Assembly: GCA_964016885.1 (NCBI GenBank)
Contig: OZ024742.1
Span: 61,380,001-61,444,000 of the forward strand
Direction of reading: 5' to 3'
DNA length: 64,000 bases
Origin: Eledone cirrhosa
Lineage: Eukaryota
Made by a program: the position numbers and the translations under genes. The notes under the pieces were generated by a model. It saw only the letters and a program-made list of their open reading frames with translations, had not been told where the DNA came from and searched no databases. Shown in pieces: positions 27,810-40,630 of the stretch. Within the stretch, counting starts at the first letter, position 1; the number at the start of each line of letters is the position of its first letter.

Positions 27810-29128
27810 ACCATGCTCACATTCTTATTTGGTTGTCGACAAAAATCAGAGCAGACGACATCGACAAGATTATATCCGTAGAGCTTCCAAACCCGCAAAC
27901 TGACAAAACCCTATTTGACAGGGTTACGGCGCACATGGTTCACGGTTATTGTGGACGTGGCTTCAAATCTAAACAACGGTGTTTGCTCCAAAGAATACCT
28001 AAAAGCCTTCCTTCCCGAAACTCAAACTTCTGATGGCGGATACCCATCATACAGACGAAGAAACCTGAGAACGGAGGATTAACAGCACTGGTTGGAAAAC
28101 ATGAAATTGACAACCGATGGATTGTACCGTACTGGCCATTACTACTCAAGGCGTTCAACTCCCACATAAATGTTGAATGGTGCAACTCTATTAAATCAAT
28201 CAAATATGTCTGCAAGTATATAAATAAGGGCCCGGATGCCGCCATGTTCGGGCTTAAAGAAGAAAACAAACGGGATGAAGTTGCACAGTACCAATCAGCA
28301 CGATATATAAGTACCGGCGAGGCCTTTTGGCGAATTTACCGTTTCTCAATGCACAGAAGATACCGTGCCGTCCAACACCTTGCTGTGCACCTGGAAAACG
28401 GCCAAAGAGTGTACTATACAAAACAAACAGCTTTTCTGAGGGCTCTGCAACCAAGGAACACAACTCTTACTGCATCCTTTCAACTATGTCAAGGCGACGC
28501 ATTCGCTCGCACTTTGCTGTATCCCTAAGTCTCCTCTTTCTACAAATGGGAAAAGTATTCATGGAAGCCAAAAATCAAAGGTGAAAGCGTTGATGGTCAT
28601 CCAGATTTTAACTTTGACAGCTGCCTGGCGCGAGTTTTCACAGTGCCCCCCCCCCCCCCCCCCCATCTACCAAGAATGTTACTCCTTGCGTATGCTTCTC
28701 AATGACGTAAGAGGACCAACCACTTTTCAACACCTACGAACTGTTGATGGCCAAATTTGCGACACGTACAGAGGGGCCTGCCTCAGGCGTGGACTACTGG
28801 AAGATGGTGCTCAGTGGGATGCCACTTTGGCAGAAGCAGTTGTTTCACAAATGCCACACAGCCTTAGGAAGCTTTTTGCTGTCTTTTGCCCGATCCTTCC
28901 TTCTTGTGGCTCAAGTATAGAGATGACCTCTCTGAGGACTTTAGACATCAAGCACAATTACAACTTCCTGACATGGAAGTAGGCTTCACAGATGAAATCT
29001 ACAACAAAGCACTTATTGAAATTGAAAATATGATTGTTGCAATGGGTGGGAATACACTGCAGACATATGGCCTGCCCCAAACTAACAGAACAGGCTCCGA
29101 CGTCATTACCGCAGAAATACTTCGGTAA
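27810..29128 (+). pseudogene. Helitron Rep (HUH endonuclease) C-terminal half, frameshifted
   Basis: HAHILIWL (HUH motif), IISVELP, HMVHGYCG, DNRWIVPY, HINVEWC, SIKYVCKYINKGPD, ARYISTGEAFWRI, LAVHLENGQRVYY, VRGPTTFQHLRTVDG. Confidence 0.92.
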
Positions 29129-29149
29129 CTATCCTACGACACTGAAAGC

Positions 29150-30562
29150 TTGGCTACATATGTCACTGAACATGAACCAATGCTGCTGCAGGAACAAGAA
29201 CGAGCATATAACACTATTGCTGACTGTGTCCACAGTCGTACGGGAGGAATCTTTTTCTTGGACGCCCCTGTAGGCACAGGGAAGACTTTTGTCATGCGGC
29301 TTCTCCTTGCCAAGGTTCGACAACACAGACACATAGCACTTGCTGTTGCGTCTTCCGGTATTGCAGCAACCTTGCTTCCTGGGGGCAGAACAACACATTC
29401 AGCCTTCAAACTCACCCTCGATATGACAGCAAATGACACACCCTGCTGTAATATCAAAGGATCAGAAAAGGCAGAACTGCTTAAAAGGTGTGAACTTATA
29501 GTTTGGGACGAATGTACCATGGTTCATAAAGGAGCTTTGGAGGCACTGGGCCGGACTTTTAGAGACAGAAGAGACTTCCAGGATCCCATGAGAGGCGTGA
29601 CTGTCCTTTTATCCGGAGATTTTAGACAAACCCTCCCTTTTATTCCCAAAGGAACTAGGGCTGATGCTCTTCGGGCATGCTTAAAGTCATCTCCGCTTTG
29701 GCGTTATGTCACAACATTAACGCTCTCTACGAACATGAGAGCTCGGATGCTTGGTGACCAAGTGTCATCAGATTTTGCTGCCAACCTATTGACACTTGGG
29801 AACGACAAAGTGCCACTTGATGAAGATGAAAAGATCTCCCTCGAACCGGTTTGCACTTTAGTCGACAATGCTGACGACTTGACCGATGCAGTATTCCCTG
29901 AGTTGAGCACTAACTACCAAAATCCAAACTGGCTGTGCGAAAGGGCAATACTGGCTCCGAAAAATGAGACTGTCGACAAAATCACCGGACAACTACTTAA
30001 GTCTCTTCCTACAGCTTCGTGTACATACAAGTCTATCGATACAGTCACAGACCCCATTAACTACCCAATTGAGTTTCTTAACTCATTGAACCCCTCCGGG
30101 TTACCATCTCATCGATTGGAACTTAAGCCAGGATGCCCAATTATGCTTTTGAGGAATCTACACCCACCAAAACTCTGCAACGGCACGCGCCTTACAGTAA
30201 ATAAACTAACGCAAAACTTGATCGAGGCGACGATTCTCTCGGGTTGTGGAAAGGGGGAAAATGTTTTTATCCCAAGGATTCCTCTTTGTCCGTCAACATC
30301 AGAGATCTCCTTTTTATTTAGGAGGCTCCAGTTTTCAGTTCGTTGTAGTTTCGCTATGACGATAAATAAGTCTCAGGTGCAAACATTGTCCGTCGCAGGA
30401 ATAAACCTAGAAGAGCATGCTTTTCGCACGGTCTGCTATACGTTGGATGTTCCAGAGTGGGAAGCAAAAGAAACCTTTATGCATTTGCTCCAAACGGTAA
30501 AACCACAAACTTCTGTACCAAGAAGTTCTGTAATCAACACTGCGACACAAACCGTCTTCTAA
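29150..30562 (+). pseudogene. Helitron Pif1-family (SF1B) helicase; frameshifted near C-terminus
   Basis: FFLDAPVGTGKT, VASSGIAATLLPGGRT, IVWDEC, SGDFRQTLP, LSTNMR, RAILAPKN, LLRNL..LCNGTR, FAMTINKSQ. Confidence 0.95.
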
Positions 30563-30769
30563 CAATCAAATACCTCGCTGCTTTCAATAATTACCAAATT
30601 GTAGACATACTGTCTTTTTGAAATTCATAACACCATACTTTTCGACTGTAAACGTTGTGACCACTTTGAGCTGCACGGTATTAAAATGCACGTTCCCCTC
30701 TGGTTGGTTGAGCCAGTTTTCCATGGATTCGCCAGCGTGTGCAGCAGATTCACATGTCTTTGCTGCCTC

Positions 30770-31200
30770 AGTTAACGCTGTGTTTCGGTTGATACAGCTC
30801 AAACACCAGACGTTGACTCCCATTTCTTTGCTGCCGCAGTTGACGCTTTGTTTCTGTTGATGCAGCTCCAGCTGCGGAAGTTGCCTCAGCATTTCTATAC
30901 CGCCGTAATGAACGCTGTGGTTCGTTCTCTGCATCTCCTGCAATAGACGTTGTGAGGGTTGAGAATTGTTTTCTGCACCTCAAGCAGCAGCAGTTGCCTC
31001 AGCATTTATTTGCTGTCGCATCGAACGTTGTGTTTCGTTTTCTGCATCTCGTGCAATAGAAGTTGCTTCAGCATTTTTCTTTTGGTGTAATAATCGCTAT
31101 TCGTTATTCTCTGTTACTTTTGCAATCGAGGTTGGTGCAGAATTTGTGTTGAGGAATTTTGAGCGTCCTTCATGTTTGGTCTATGTCACTGCAATCAGTC
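30770..31200 (-). pseudogene. Disrupted ORF of 23-aa (69-bp) tandem repeats, STPR-like
   Basis: NAEATSIARDAENETQRSMRQQI / NAEATSAAGAASTETKRQLRQQR; GTTGCYTCAGCATTT at 30880, 30993 and 31062. Confidence 0.7.
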
Positions 31201-32064
31201 TAAGGAAAGCAACGTCACAGTTTCTATTGGCAGCCACAACTATACAGAATGGTAAGCATTTCAAACTACATAAATCATTAGAATACCTACATATACGCAA
31301 TGCATAACGAAAAATTTACATGTATCTACTGTAGCAAACGTATGCTCCCCCCCCCCCCCCCCCAATTTGTACTTTTCACTCAGAGTCGTCATACATTATC
31401 TCCGTCATCACGCAACGACTTCAGTCCCTGAATTGCCAAACATCCCATATTATTGTCATAAATTCCATGTGACTCACTTTTGGGCTGCTGACTTCCTTGT
31501 GGCATAGTTCGCGTTTGGAGCTCCACCGCGTCAACGTCACACTTTTAGACTCATTCACCTTTCATATGCCAAAACATTTTACCGTTTTTACATCGAAAAA
31601 CACATACTTCTTATGGTTAAAAATAAATGCTTTGGGGGGGTTCGTGCTACATAGTTTTCTCTTTAAAAAAATTATTTACTAATGATAGATTTACACCCGA
31701 GCAACGCCGGGTATGGCTGCTAATATATATATATGTATATATGTATATATATATATATGTATATATATCTCTACATATATATAATCTATACGTGCGTGTA
31801 TTTGAGGTCATGTTTATATATGGGTGTGTACGTAAGTGTATATATAATATATACACACGATCGATTCTGCTGAACGCTGACCCGGTCAGTGTAGGTAGCT
31901 GCGTAAGTAGGAATGTAGGTTGGTGGGATCAATAGATAGACAGATATATAGATTTGGACCGGCAGTAGTAGAAATAGATTTGAAAGTATCAGTAGAAAAT
32001 ATTAGCCATGTAGTAAGTTCATAATGCCGTTCTCGCATATGAAAATAAATATTTTATTGAAAAA

Positions 32065-32345
32065 GTCCCGTGGCCTAGTAGTAAGGGTGTTGGACTTACG
32101 ATCATAATGTCGTGGGCTCGATTCCTGGGTTGCGTGTTGTGTTCTTGAGCAAAACACTTCATTTCACGTTACTCCAATATACTCAACTGAAAATGAGTAC
32201 CAGCAATAGATGGAGGTTTAACCCTGCGATGTACTGGCGTCCTGTCCAGGGGGGAGTCTTGTACTCTCAGTCGCTTCACGCCATGAAACCGGGATAAGCA
32301 CCGGCCAAATGAGCCTTCTGGCTTAAGACAGATTTTAGACTTTAG
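32065..32345 (+). mobile_element. Full-length tRNA-derived SINE (family B) with CORE-like and V-like domains
   Basis: A box TGGCCTAGTAG, B box GGCTCGATTCC, GTGTTCTTGAGCAAAACACTT, CCCTGCGATGTACTGGCGTCCTGTCCAGGG, short tandem tail. Confidence 0.8.
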
Positions 32346-32502
32346 ATACACATACAGCTAAGTGCACATGTATATTTAACCATATACATATGATATAAAC
32401 ACATACACACACACATATATATATATATATATATGTGTGTGTGTATATATATACACACACGCACACATATATATGTGTGTGTGTTTATGTTTATATCATA
32501 TG

Positions 32503-32552
<50 letters not shown>

Positions 32553-32557
<5 letters not shown>

Positions 32558-32609
32558 CAGAATTAGCCGTCGAAATGGCTTGAGCTCAGCCGTCGGGGTC
32601 TTACTTGTT

Positions 32610-32612
<3 letters not shown>
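32553..32612. repeat. 60-bp fragment of the 46812 tail family, embedded in (TA)n
   Basis: Reverse complement of 46890-46952. Confidence 0.85.
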
Positions 32613-32671
<59 letters not shown>

Positions 32672-33274
32672 GGGGGGGGGGATATGTTTATATGGGAGTA
32701 GTTTTAGAAATTTAGTGAATGTTGCTTTCAATTTTTTTTTTTTAAATTCGTTTCTATTTGCTTTGAATCCATCTTTTATTTCTTTGTTTTTTTCATTTAT
32801 TTACTCAATATAAAAATTAAATAAGGATATATAAATAACAACAGAATAAAAGGAGACATAAACAAGGCAAAACACTGGCATTTTGCCAACTTTGATATTG
32901 AATATTTCTTTATGGATTTACAAAATATAATGTGGTGTCTGGGCGGCTTTTCGGTCGAGAAACTGTAATATCACCAAACTTTAGGTGTGTTCAAAATGGC
33001 TTCTAAAACTCTAAATTAAACTAACTATAGATTTAGCGATGGCCATCAGTTGTGAGGTTTAGATTGGATTCTTAATTGTCTGCAGCCTGGGAAAAATATG
33101 TATTTATAACTTTTTCTCAGATATTATTCACGGTTTGGTTATTTACGACTCTTTTTCTGTCCATGTAATCTTGAACTCTACGTGTTTTTTTCTTTCTCGT
33201 TTCCTCTTCCCGTCTCGCTCCGTATATACGCATATACATATATATATATATATACATATATAATCCATATTTAT

Positions 33275-33595
33275 TAAGGTTATCTGCTTCATACAAAGCT
33301 TGACCACTTCTTGCAATTCATGTCTGTCCCTTCCTGGCATGAGGTTTCAAATGGCTTTTGAGTCCTGAAAGACAAGTCCACAAATAATACAATAATGTCT
33401 CATTTCGTCCTTGTTTCCCCTTTGTGTTGGCTTATTGTGTATGTTCAGATCTCGCTTAAATCCATAAACCAATTTGCAAATTTTCTGACAAACATGGTTC
33501 TGGAACTGATTCTGAGCAACGGAGTTTGAATAACTAACTGATATTAAGCACTCTAAACGTATGCTGAAACACTCACTTCAGTGCATTGTCGTGGT
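33275..33595 (-). pseudogene. Probable RTE/BovB-like LINE 3' end with two decayed C2H2 zinc fingers
   Basis: Minus strand HVCQKICKLVYGFKRDLNIH and YCIICGLV..GLKSHLKPHAR. Confidence 0.55.
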
Positions 33596-33613
33596 TTTGC
33601 AACGTACACACTT

Positions 33614-33682
<69 letters not shown>

Positions 33683-33959
33683 AATTAGGGAACATATTTT
33701 TATTCAAGTATGGTATTTTGAAAACACGTCTGTCTTCCAGTTGGATCTTTTTATTATTGAGGTTATTTTACTGTGTGCTTTTTAGGTTTTGATGATTGGT
33801 TTGGAAGAATTGATTTTTTAAAATTCATGTAGACACAGAAGAGCAAGAATTGACATTGAGAAGGTCACAGATCACATAAGGAAAAAGCTTTTACAATTAA
33901 CAATTAAACAACCTTCCGATCACTACACTCACTTGGGAATGGATTCGTTACTCTACAAA

Positions 33960-34155
33960 TAATTGTTACTACCTTTAGGCACAAGGCCAGCAATTTGAAG
34001 GGGAGGAAATAGTCGATTAAATCTACCCTAGTACTTACTGGTGCTTTATTTTATCGACCACGAAAGTATGAAAGGCAAATCTGCCCTCGGCAGGATTTGA
34101 ACTCAGGACGTAAAGGCGAAGCATGTTGTCCGGTGCTCAACCGATACTGCCAATC
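33960..34155 (-). mobile_element. Family-A SINE
   Basis: GGCACAAGGCCAGCAAT...GGATTTGAACTC...CCGATACTGCCAATC. Confidence 0.88.
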
Positions 34156-35491
34156 AACTAATAATAAACTGAAGTGACACTCAACTGGTGCGTGTGATTT
34201 TATTGGCAGCATGACATTCCTAATGTATAACAACATATGTTTCAACAAACGATTCCACATCAAATATTTTGCACAACAAATACAAAAACGATTTTTTTTA
34301 AATTATAATTTTTGAAAAGTGATCTTATCTCATGGAACCACAGAGTTTTTCACAGACTCTGTATTTATGCTTGAGTCAGCGCTCACCTATGATGGGTTGA
34401 GTCAGCCTTCACTTAGGTTGAGTGAAGCCCGTGTTTACCTAGGATAGGTTGAATCGGATGCAACCAATGCATCCATAACTTCACGAACCGAAGCCACCCA
34501 GGTACGGTCCAACGTGGAACCCACATTGAAAAATTGTGCTCTAAAATATTATTAATTGGAACAATGTCTTTTCTAATGAATCTTATGATTTATTAAGAAC
34601 CTATATTCATTCTGAAAGATCTTACAGCTCACCCCTGCCATCAATACTCTTTCATAATTAAGAAAGAAACTAATTGAAAACTCACTGAAATCGCATCTTA
34701 TAACTAAATTTCAACTTAGTTAAATACTAGTTGATGATTTTTCTATTAATGTGTTTGTGTTTATGTGTAATATGTGTGCGCGTCTGTGTTTGTGTGTGCA
34801 TGTGTGTGTAAATGTGTGTTGCGATATTTACATTTAAAATACAACTAAAATTTGTAAAAATGGAAGTCAGAATGATTCTCAAAATCACAAATCAAATTGG
34901 CAGTTCTGAAAAGAAGAATCCTAATGAATGTGGATTTCATTTGATATATTTGCCTTAATTAGTAACGTTGCAATCAATCTAGCATAAAAAGAACCTTAAT
35001 GAACCGAGTGATGATTAGTTAGGTATGAGGTAGAGGGAAGTGTTGGAAAGGGTCCCACATATTAATGTACTGATGGTGCTTAATGTTATATAACTTCTCT
35101 TCATTTGTCTCTAAATTGTTTAATATAGATACAGCATAACTAAAAAGTATAATATTACAGATACAGCATGATCGAATAGTATAACAGTACAGGTTGCACA
35201 TATAATATAATAACACAGATACACTATGACCAAATAGTATAATATTACAGATAAAGCATGATCGGATAGTATAATAGTACATATATAGTATAATAACACA
35301 GATACACTATGACCAAATAGTATAATATTACAGATACAGCATGATGGGATAGTATAATAGTACAGATATAATATAATAACACAGATACAACATGACCAAA
35401 TAATATAATATTATAGATACAGCATGTTCGGATAGTATAATAGTACAGATATAATATAATAACACAGATACAGCATGACTAAATAGTATAA

Positions 35492-35676
35492 TATTGTTTC
35501 TACTTTTGGCACAAGGCCAGCAATTACCCAGTGCATTACTGGTACTTTATTTTATCGACCCCGTAAGGATGAAAGGCAAAGTCAACCTCGGCGGGATTTG
35601 AACTCAGATCGTAAAGGAACGTAACTATGCTGGAAAGCATGGCGTCCGACCCTCTACCGATACTGCCAATCCACCA
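35492..35676 (-). mobile_element. Family-A SINE in the minisatellite
   Basis: Full-length match to the family. Confidence 0.9.
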
Positions 35677-36399
35677 ATACAGATATAATATAATAACACA
35701 GATACAACATGACCAAATAGTATAATATTACAGATACAGCATGATCAGATAGTATAATAGTACAGATATAATATAATAACACAGATACAACATGACCAAA
35801 TAGTATAATATTACAGATACAGCATGATCTGATAGTATAATAGTACAGATATAATATAATAACACAGATACAACATGACTAAATAGTATAATATTATAGA
35901 TACAGCATGATCTGATAGTATAATAGTACAGATATAATATAATAACACAGATACAACATGACTAAATAGTATAATATTATAGATACAGCATGATCTGATA
36001 GTATAATAGTACAGATATAATATAATAACACAGATACAACATGACTAAATAGTATAATATTATAGATACAGCATGATCTGATAGTATAATAGTACAGATA
36101 TAATATAATAACACAGATACAACATGACTAAATAGTATAATATTATAGATACAGCATGATCTGATAGTATAATAGTACAGATATAATATAATAACACAGA
36201 TACAACATGACTAAATAGTATAATATTATAGATACAGCATGATCTGATAGTATAATAGTACAGATATAATATAATAACACAGATACAACATGACTAAATA
36301 GTATAATATTATAGATACAGCATGACCAAATAGTATAATAGCACAGATACAGCAGGATCGAATTGTATAATAGTACAGATTACACATATAATATAATAA

Positions 36400-36587
36400 C
36401 TGCTTCTACATTTGGCACAAGGCCAGCAATTATCCCAGTGCATTACTGGTGCTTTATTTTATCGACCCCGTAAGGATGAAAGGCAAAGTTAACCTCGGTG
36501 GGATTTGAACTCAGGCCTTAAAGAGCCGTAACTCTTTGCTGCAAAGCATGGCGTCCGACCCTCTACCGATACTGCCAATCCACCGCC
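36400..36587 (-). mobile_element. Family-A SINE in the minisatellite
   Basis: Full-length match to the family. Confidence 0.9.
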
Positions 36588-36971
36588 ACATATAATATAA
36601 TAACACAGATACACTATGACCGATAGTACAGATATAATATAATTACACAGATACAGTATGACTGAATAGTATAATAGAACAGTATATACAACGTGAACAA
36701 GTAGCATAACAATGAAGATTCAGCATGACTGAATAGTATAATAGTACGGATACAACATGGCTGAATAGTATAATAGTACAGTAGATACAGCATGGCCGAA
36801 ACATATAATAGTACAGATACAGCATGGTTGAAATGTATAATAATAGTACAGTAGTTACAGCATGGCCGAATAGATTACTAGTACAGATACAGCATGGCCT
36901 AATAGTATAATAGTACAGATAAAGCATGATTGAATAGTATAATAGTAGATATACAACATGGCCGAATAATA

Positions 36972-37155
36972 TAATTGTTTCTACTTTAGGCACAAGGCCA
37001 GCAAGTTGAAGGGGAGAGGGGGTCGGTGAAATCGACCCCAGTGTATTACTGGTACTTTATTTTATCTACCCCGTAAGGATGAAAGGCAAAGCTAACTTCA
37101 GCGAGATTTAAACTCAAGGTGTTCGACGCTCTACTGATACTGCCAATGCACCACC
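36972..37155 (-). mobile_element. Family-A SINE
   Basis: Match to the family, with internal deletion. Confidence 0.85.
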
Positions 37156-37184
37156 CGAATAATATAATAGTAGAAATACAGCAT

Positions 37185-37320
37185 GGCTAGGAAGCTCTGG
37201 GTTTAATCCCACTGCTTGGCGTCTTGGGCAAGTATCTTTTATCATAACCCCCAATCAACCCAATCCGTGTGAGTGAAATTCGTTTGATGAAAACTGTTTG
37301 GAAGCTCATTAGATGGGCTG
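37185..37320 (+). mobile_element. Old CORE-type SINE fragment (family C); related relics near 59965-60110(-) and 61185-61280(-)
   Basis: GGGTTTAATCCCACTG...CTTGGGCAAGT...TGTGAGTGAAATT...GAAAACTG. Confidence 0.55.
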
Positions 37321-37954
37321 TACCTGTTATTCATATTGCCTGACTTGCCATACACTTTTAAGCTGAATTTCCATATAAATTACATTAAGTGTCACGTATC
37401 TGGAATACTCAACCAATTACTTTATAATATAAGATTGACCGTAAATGTAATTGAAAGCTACCTCTTTGTCATGCAGTGTTTCAAGCTGAATCATCCTGAT
37501 AATTACGTAAACAGTACACGTGCTTGTAGAATACTCAGTCACTTGTGCTTCGATTTAAAGAGTAAGCCGTTACGTTTGACCGACAACTGGAAAGATCATC
37601 ATCGAAAATGACGGATGTCCATTTATCTTTACTCTAATAGTTCACATTGAGTATGTTCCTCCTCTCTTATCAATCTGTCAATTCTAATTCATCATTTATG
37701 CAACCTTGAGGTCGAAACGGTCTCATCGTTTGTTAATCATCGTATGAAATCCTAATGGAGATTACACAAGGAAAATGAAAAGTGAAAAATAAAGAGGGAT
37801 TGAGAAACAAAGGAAATCTGAGGGTGTGTTTTTGTAAGTGTACAGCAGGTTTCTATGTGCATGTGTGTATTTTGTGTGTGCATGTGTGTATTTTGTGTGA
37901 TTTTGTAAAGTATGAGTATGGGCGAAAGTCATTATACATTTATAATTGCGTGTC

Positions 37955-38057
<103 letters not shown>

Positions 38058-38169
38058 GTGTGTGCATGTGTCTGTGTGTGTGTTTGTCAGTGTATTTACG
38101 AGAACTCGTAATTGGTATATTGATATATGATGTACCTCAGGCCGACGATGAACGAAAATTCAACTAAAT

Positions 38170-38930
38170 AGCTTGAGGTGTTAGAAATAGTAGCCAAATC
38201 TCACTCCTATCATATTTTCTTCATCTCTACCTAAAAGAACATCATAATATAATAAAACCTACTTTAGGTAATGGTTTTTGTTCCTGATAAAAAAAACGGC
38301 TTGAACATCTTTTGTCATATGCCTGAAAAAGTTTGCTCACCTTGAGTTAAGTACCAACAAAAAATTCAACTATGTAATATTAAGTGTCGCTCGAGATTCC
38401 AACTAAAAATATAGCTTGTATTGTTGTTTAACCTGATCTAGTAGACCTTTAATCAGAGGTGTTCGAGCCGAGACCAGCTCGTCTTATTTTTTATGATTTC
38501 AAGCAAGTAATTATCCAATATACCGTGTTTTATTGTTTTATAAGGTTAATGTGTGATGTGATGGAGATTTGGGCTGTTATTTTCTAACAGACCAAAACTT
38601 TTGTAGATTTATTGTTGACATGTTTGCAGTTGTTTCGTTTAGTTTAACTCTAGGTCAGCAATGATAAAGCAGGACTGTTCTGGACATGATTATCCCGTCA
38701 TTTCTTTTGGCAGTTATTGTATTTCAAGCTACTGCATTACCTAATGTAGTGTTCCTTTTTAGTTAAGATAAGGGATGATATTATGGATATTTAACTGCTG
38801 TTTCTAGCAGGTCAATAACTGCATAAATGGTCTCATTGTGTTGATGTTGTTTTTGCTTAGCAATATGTCAACCATGATCAAGAAAACCTATACTAAAAGA
38901 TGTTCCAGTTATGACATATCCCTCTTTTAA
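38170..38930. repeat. Cluster of old, diverged ~200-bp interspersed repeat copies
   Basis: Recurrent GATTTGGCTGCTATTTCTAGCAG-like and TGTTCCAG..TGAC..TCCC-like motifs in both orientations. Confidence 0.5.
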
Positions 38931-39242
38931 TTTAGGTGGGTGTGTATATATTTAATCCTGACCTTGACGTCTAAGGAATTCTCAGGATCGGGTTTTTAAC
39001 CAATAAACTCCCGTTATTAATCAGAAGGCATAAGAGTTGCACCACTGATTCAGGCATTCTGGCAGTATGTACAGTCAGTAGTTTCCGTCACACCTAGAGC
39101 TTGAAACCTAAGGTAGTGCAATACATGTTACATGTATGACGCAAAATAAATTAACTTTGTTTCAATAGATAGAACTTTTTTCCTTGTTTTTATCGCACCA
39201 ACATTTTCGCTGCCTCTCTGAGTGTGTGTGTGTGTGTGATTG

Positions 39243-39288
<46 letters not shown>

Positions 39289-39292
<4 letters not shown>

Positions 39293-39680
39293 GATGGCCC
39301 TTATTTTTCAACTTTCTAAAAGTTTAGCTCTCACACCCCTATCTTGTTTCAATTAACAAAGAACCAATCTATGCCAAAACTTTAGCTCAAGCGGACAACT
39401 GCAAGGCGACCTTCATCCACCGTGAATTTTTAAGTTTTCGCCCGGAAAGTCATTTTTTCAGATAAAAATGTTTTATCTCTTATATAATTTTCTCTTAAAT
39501 TAAAAACTTGTTCAGACTTATTCTTGGTATTAGAAGAATAATTGACAATAAATATAATATGGAAGGCAACTTGCAAAGCTGGAGACAGTGCGCAGGTATA
39601 GGGCAAACACCTATTTTTCGCTGTGGGACCAGCAAAATTTTACCTTTCGGAAAATTATCTATTGCTTAGGGCCACCCTAA
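39289..39680. mobile_element. Non-autonomous DNA transposon (MITE-like, TA flanks, Tc1/mariner-type ends)
   Basis: TA-TTAGGATGGCCCT ... AGGGCCACCCTAA-TA. Confidence 0.7.
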
Positions 39681-39714
39681 TATTCATATATCCGTATGTG
39701 GTTGACAGCTGAGA

Positions 39715-40310
39715 GAAATGGTTTCTTATATAGGCACAAGGCCAGCAATTTTGGGGAAGAAGAAAGTTGATTATATCGATTCCAATGCGTGACTAGTATT
39801 TTTTTATCGACCCCGTAAAGATGAAAGGCAAAGTTAACCTCGGCGGGATTTGAACTCAGATCATAAGAGGCCGTAACTCTATGCTGCAAAGCATGGCGTC
39901 CGACCATCTACCGATACTGCCAATCCACCGCCCTTATGCAAAAATAATTGTTTCTACTTTTGGCACCAGGGCAGCAATTATCCAGTACATTATTGGTACT
40001 TTATTTTATCGACCCCGTAAGGATGAAAGGCAAAGTTAACCTCGATGGGATTTGAACTCAGTCCGTTAAGGGACATAACTCTATGCTGCAAAGCATGGCG
40101 TCCGACCCTCTATCGGTACTGCCAATAAAAATAATTGTTTCTACTATTGGCTCAAGGACAGCAATTATCCAGTGCATTACTGGTACTTTATTTTATCGAC
40201 CCCGTAAGGATCAAAGGCAAAGTTAACCTCGGCACGATTTGAACTCAGAATGGCAAGGGCCGTAACTCTATGCGTCAAAGCATTGTGTCCGACTCTCTAC
40301 CGATAATGCA
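39715..40310 (-). mobile_element. Three tandem family-A SINEs
   Basis: Three consecutive full modules. Confidence 0.9.
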
Positions 40311-40630
40311 ATGTTCAATATTCAGTGTTCAGTGTTCACATTATGTTTTTGATTCTATAGAAATTATTGTTGTCAATAAAAATGCGTTTCTCATATAGAA
40401 GTTGTGCTTTATTAAGAAAACCTAATATTTCTTAAGTTTTTCATGTTATTTCAGGAATTTTTCAAATTAACTATTGGTATATTTGATTCAGGTTTTTAAA
40501 CTGGGGTTTCCTGGATGTGACCACATAAATTTCTCTAAGAAGAAAAAAGAAAATGGTCGAGATAGGGAACAATATACCGCTTTTGAACAGAATTAATCGT
40601 TGCGCATACTTCAAGGCATTTGAGGGTCAA

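Larger units (their letters stand above)
27045..31723 (+). mobile_element. Helitron (internally deleted, degenerate)
   Basis: Rep and Pif1 remnants; 3' hairpin ACCCG agcaacgc CGGGT followed by CTAA (CTRR) at 31720-31723 inserted in (AT)n. The 5' end is uncertain (27045 or ~27460). Confidence 0.9.
35120..36975. repeat. Minisatellite: 32-bp monomer with an 83-bp (19+32+32) higher-order unit
   Basis: ACAGATACAGCATGATCTGATAGTATAATAGT variants; 83-bp period seen at 35881 and 35964. Confidence 0.92.

Noticed and set aside
29150-30562. Host PIF1 gene
   Set aside because: It is intronless, adjacent to HUH Rep remnants, frameshifted, and followed by a Helitron 3' hairpin.
33275-33595. Host C2H2 zinc-finger gene exon
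   Set aside because: The fingers are decayed, lack TGEKP linkers, and fit a LINE C-terminus better.
35680-36340. Regular repeat array as a possible CRISPR
   Set aside because: Units are contiguous with no unique spacers, there are no cas genes, and the context is eukaryotic.
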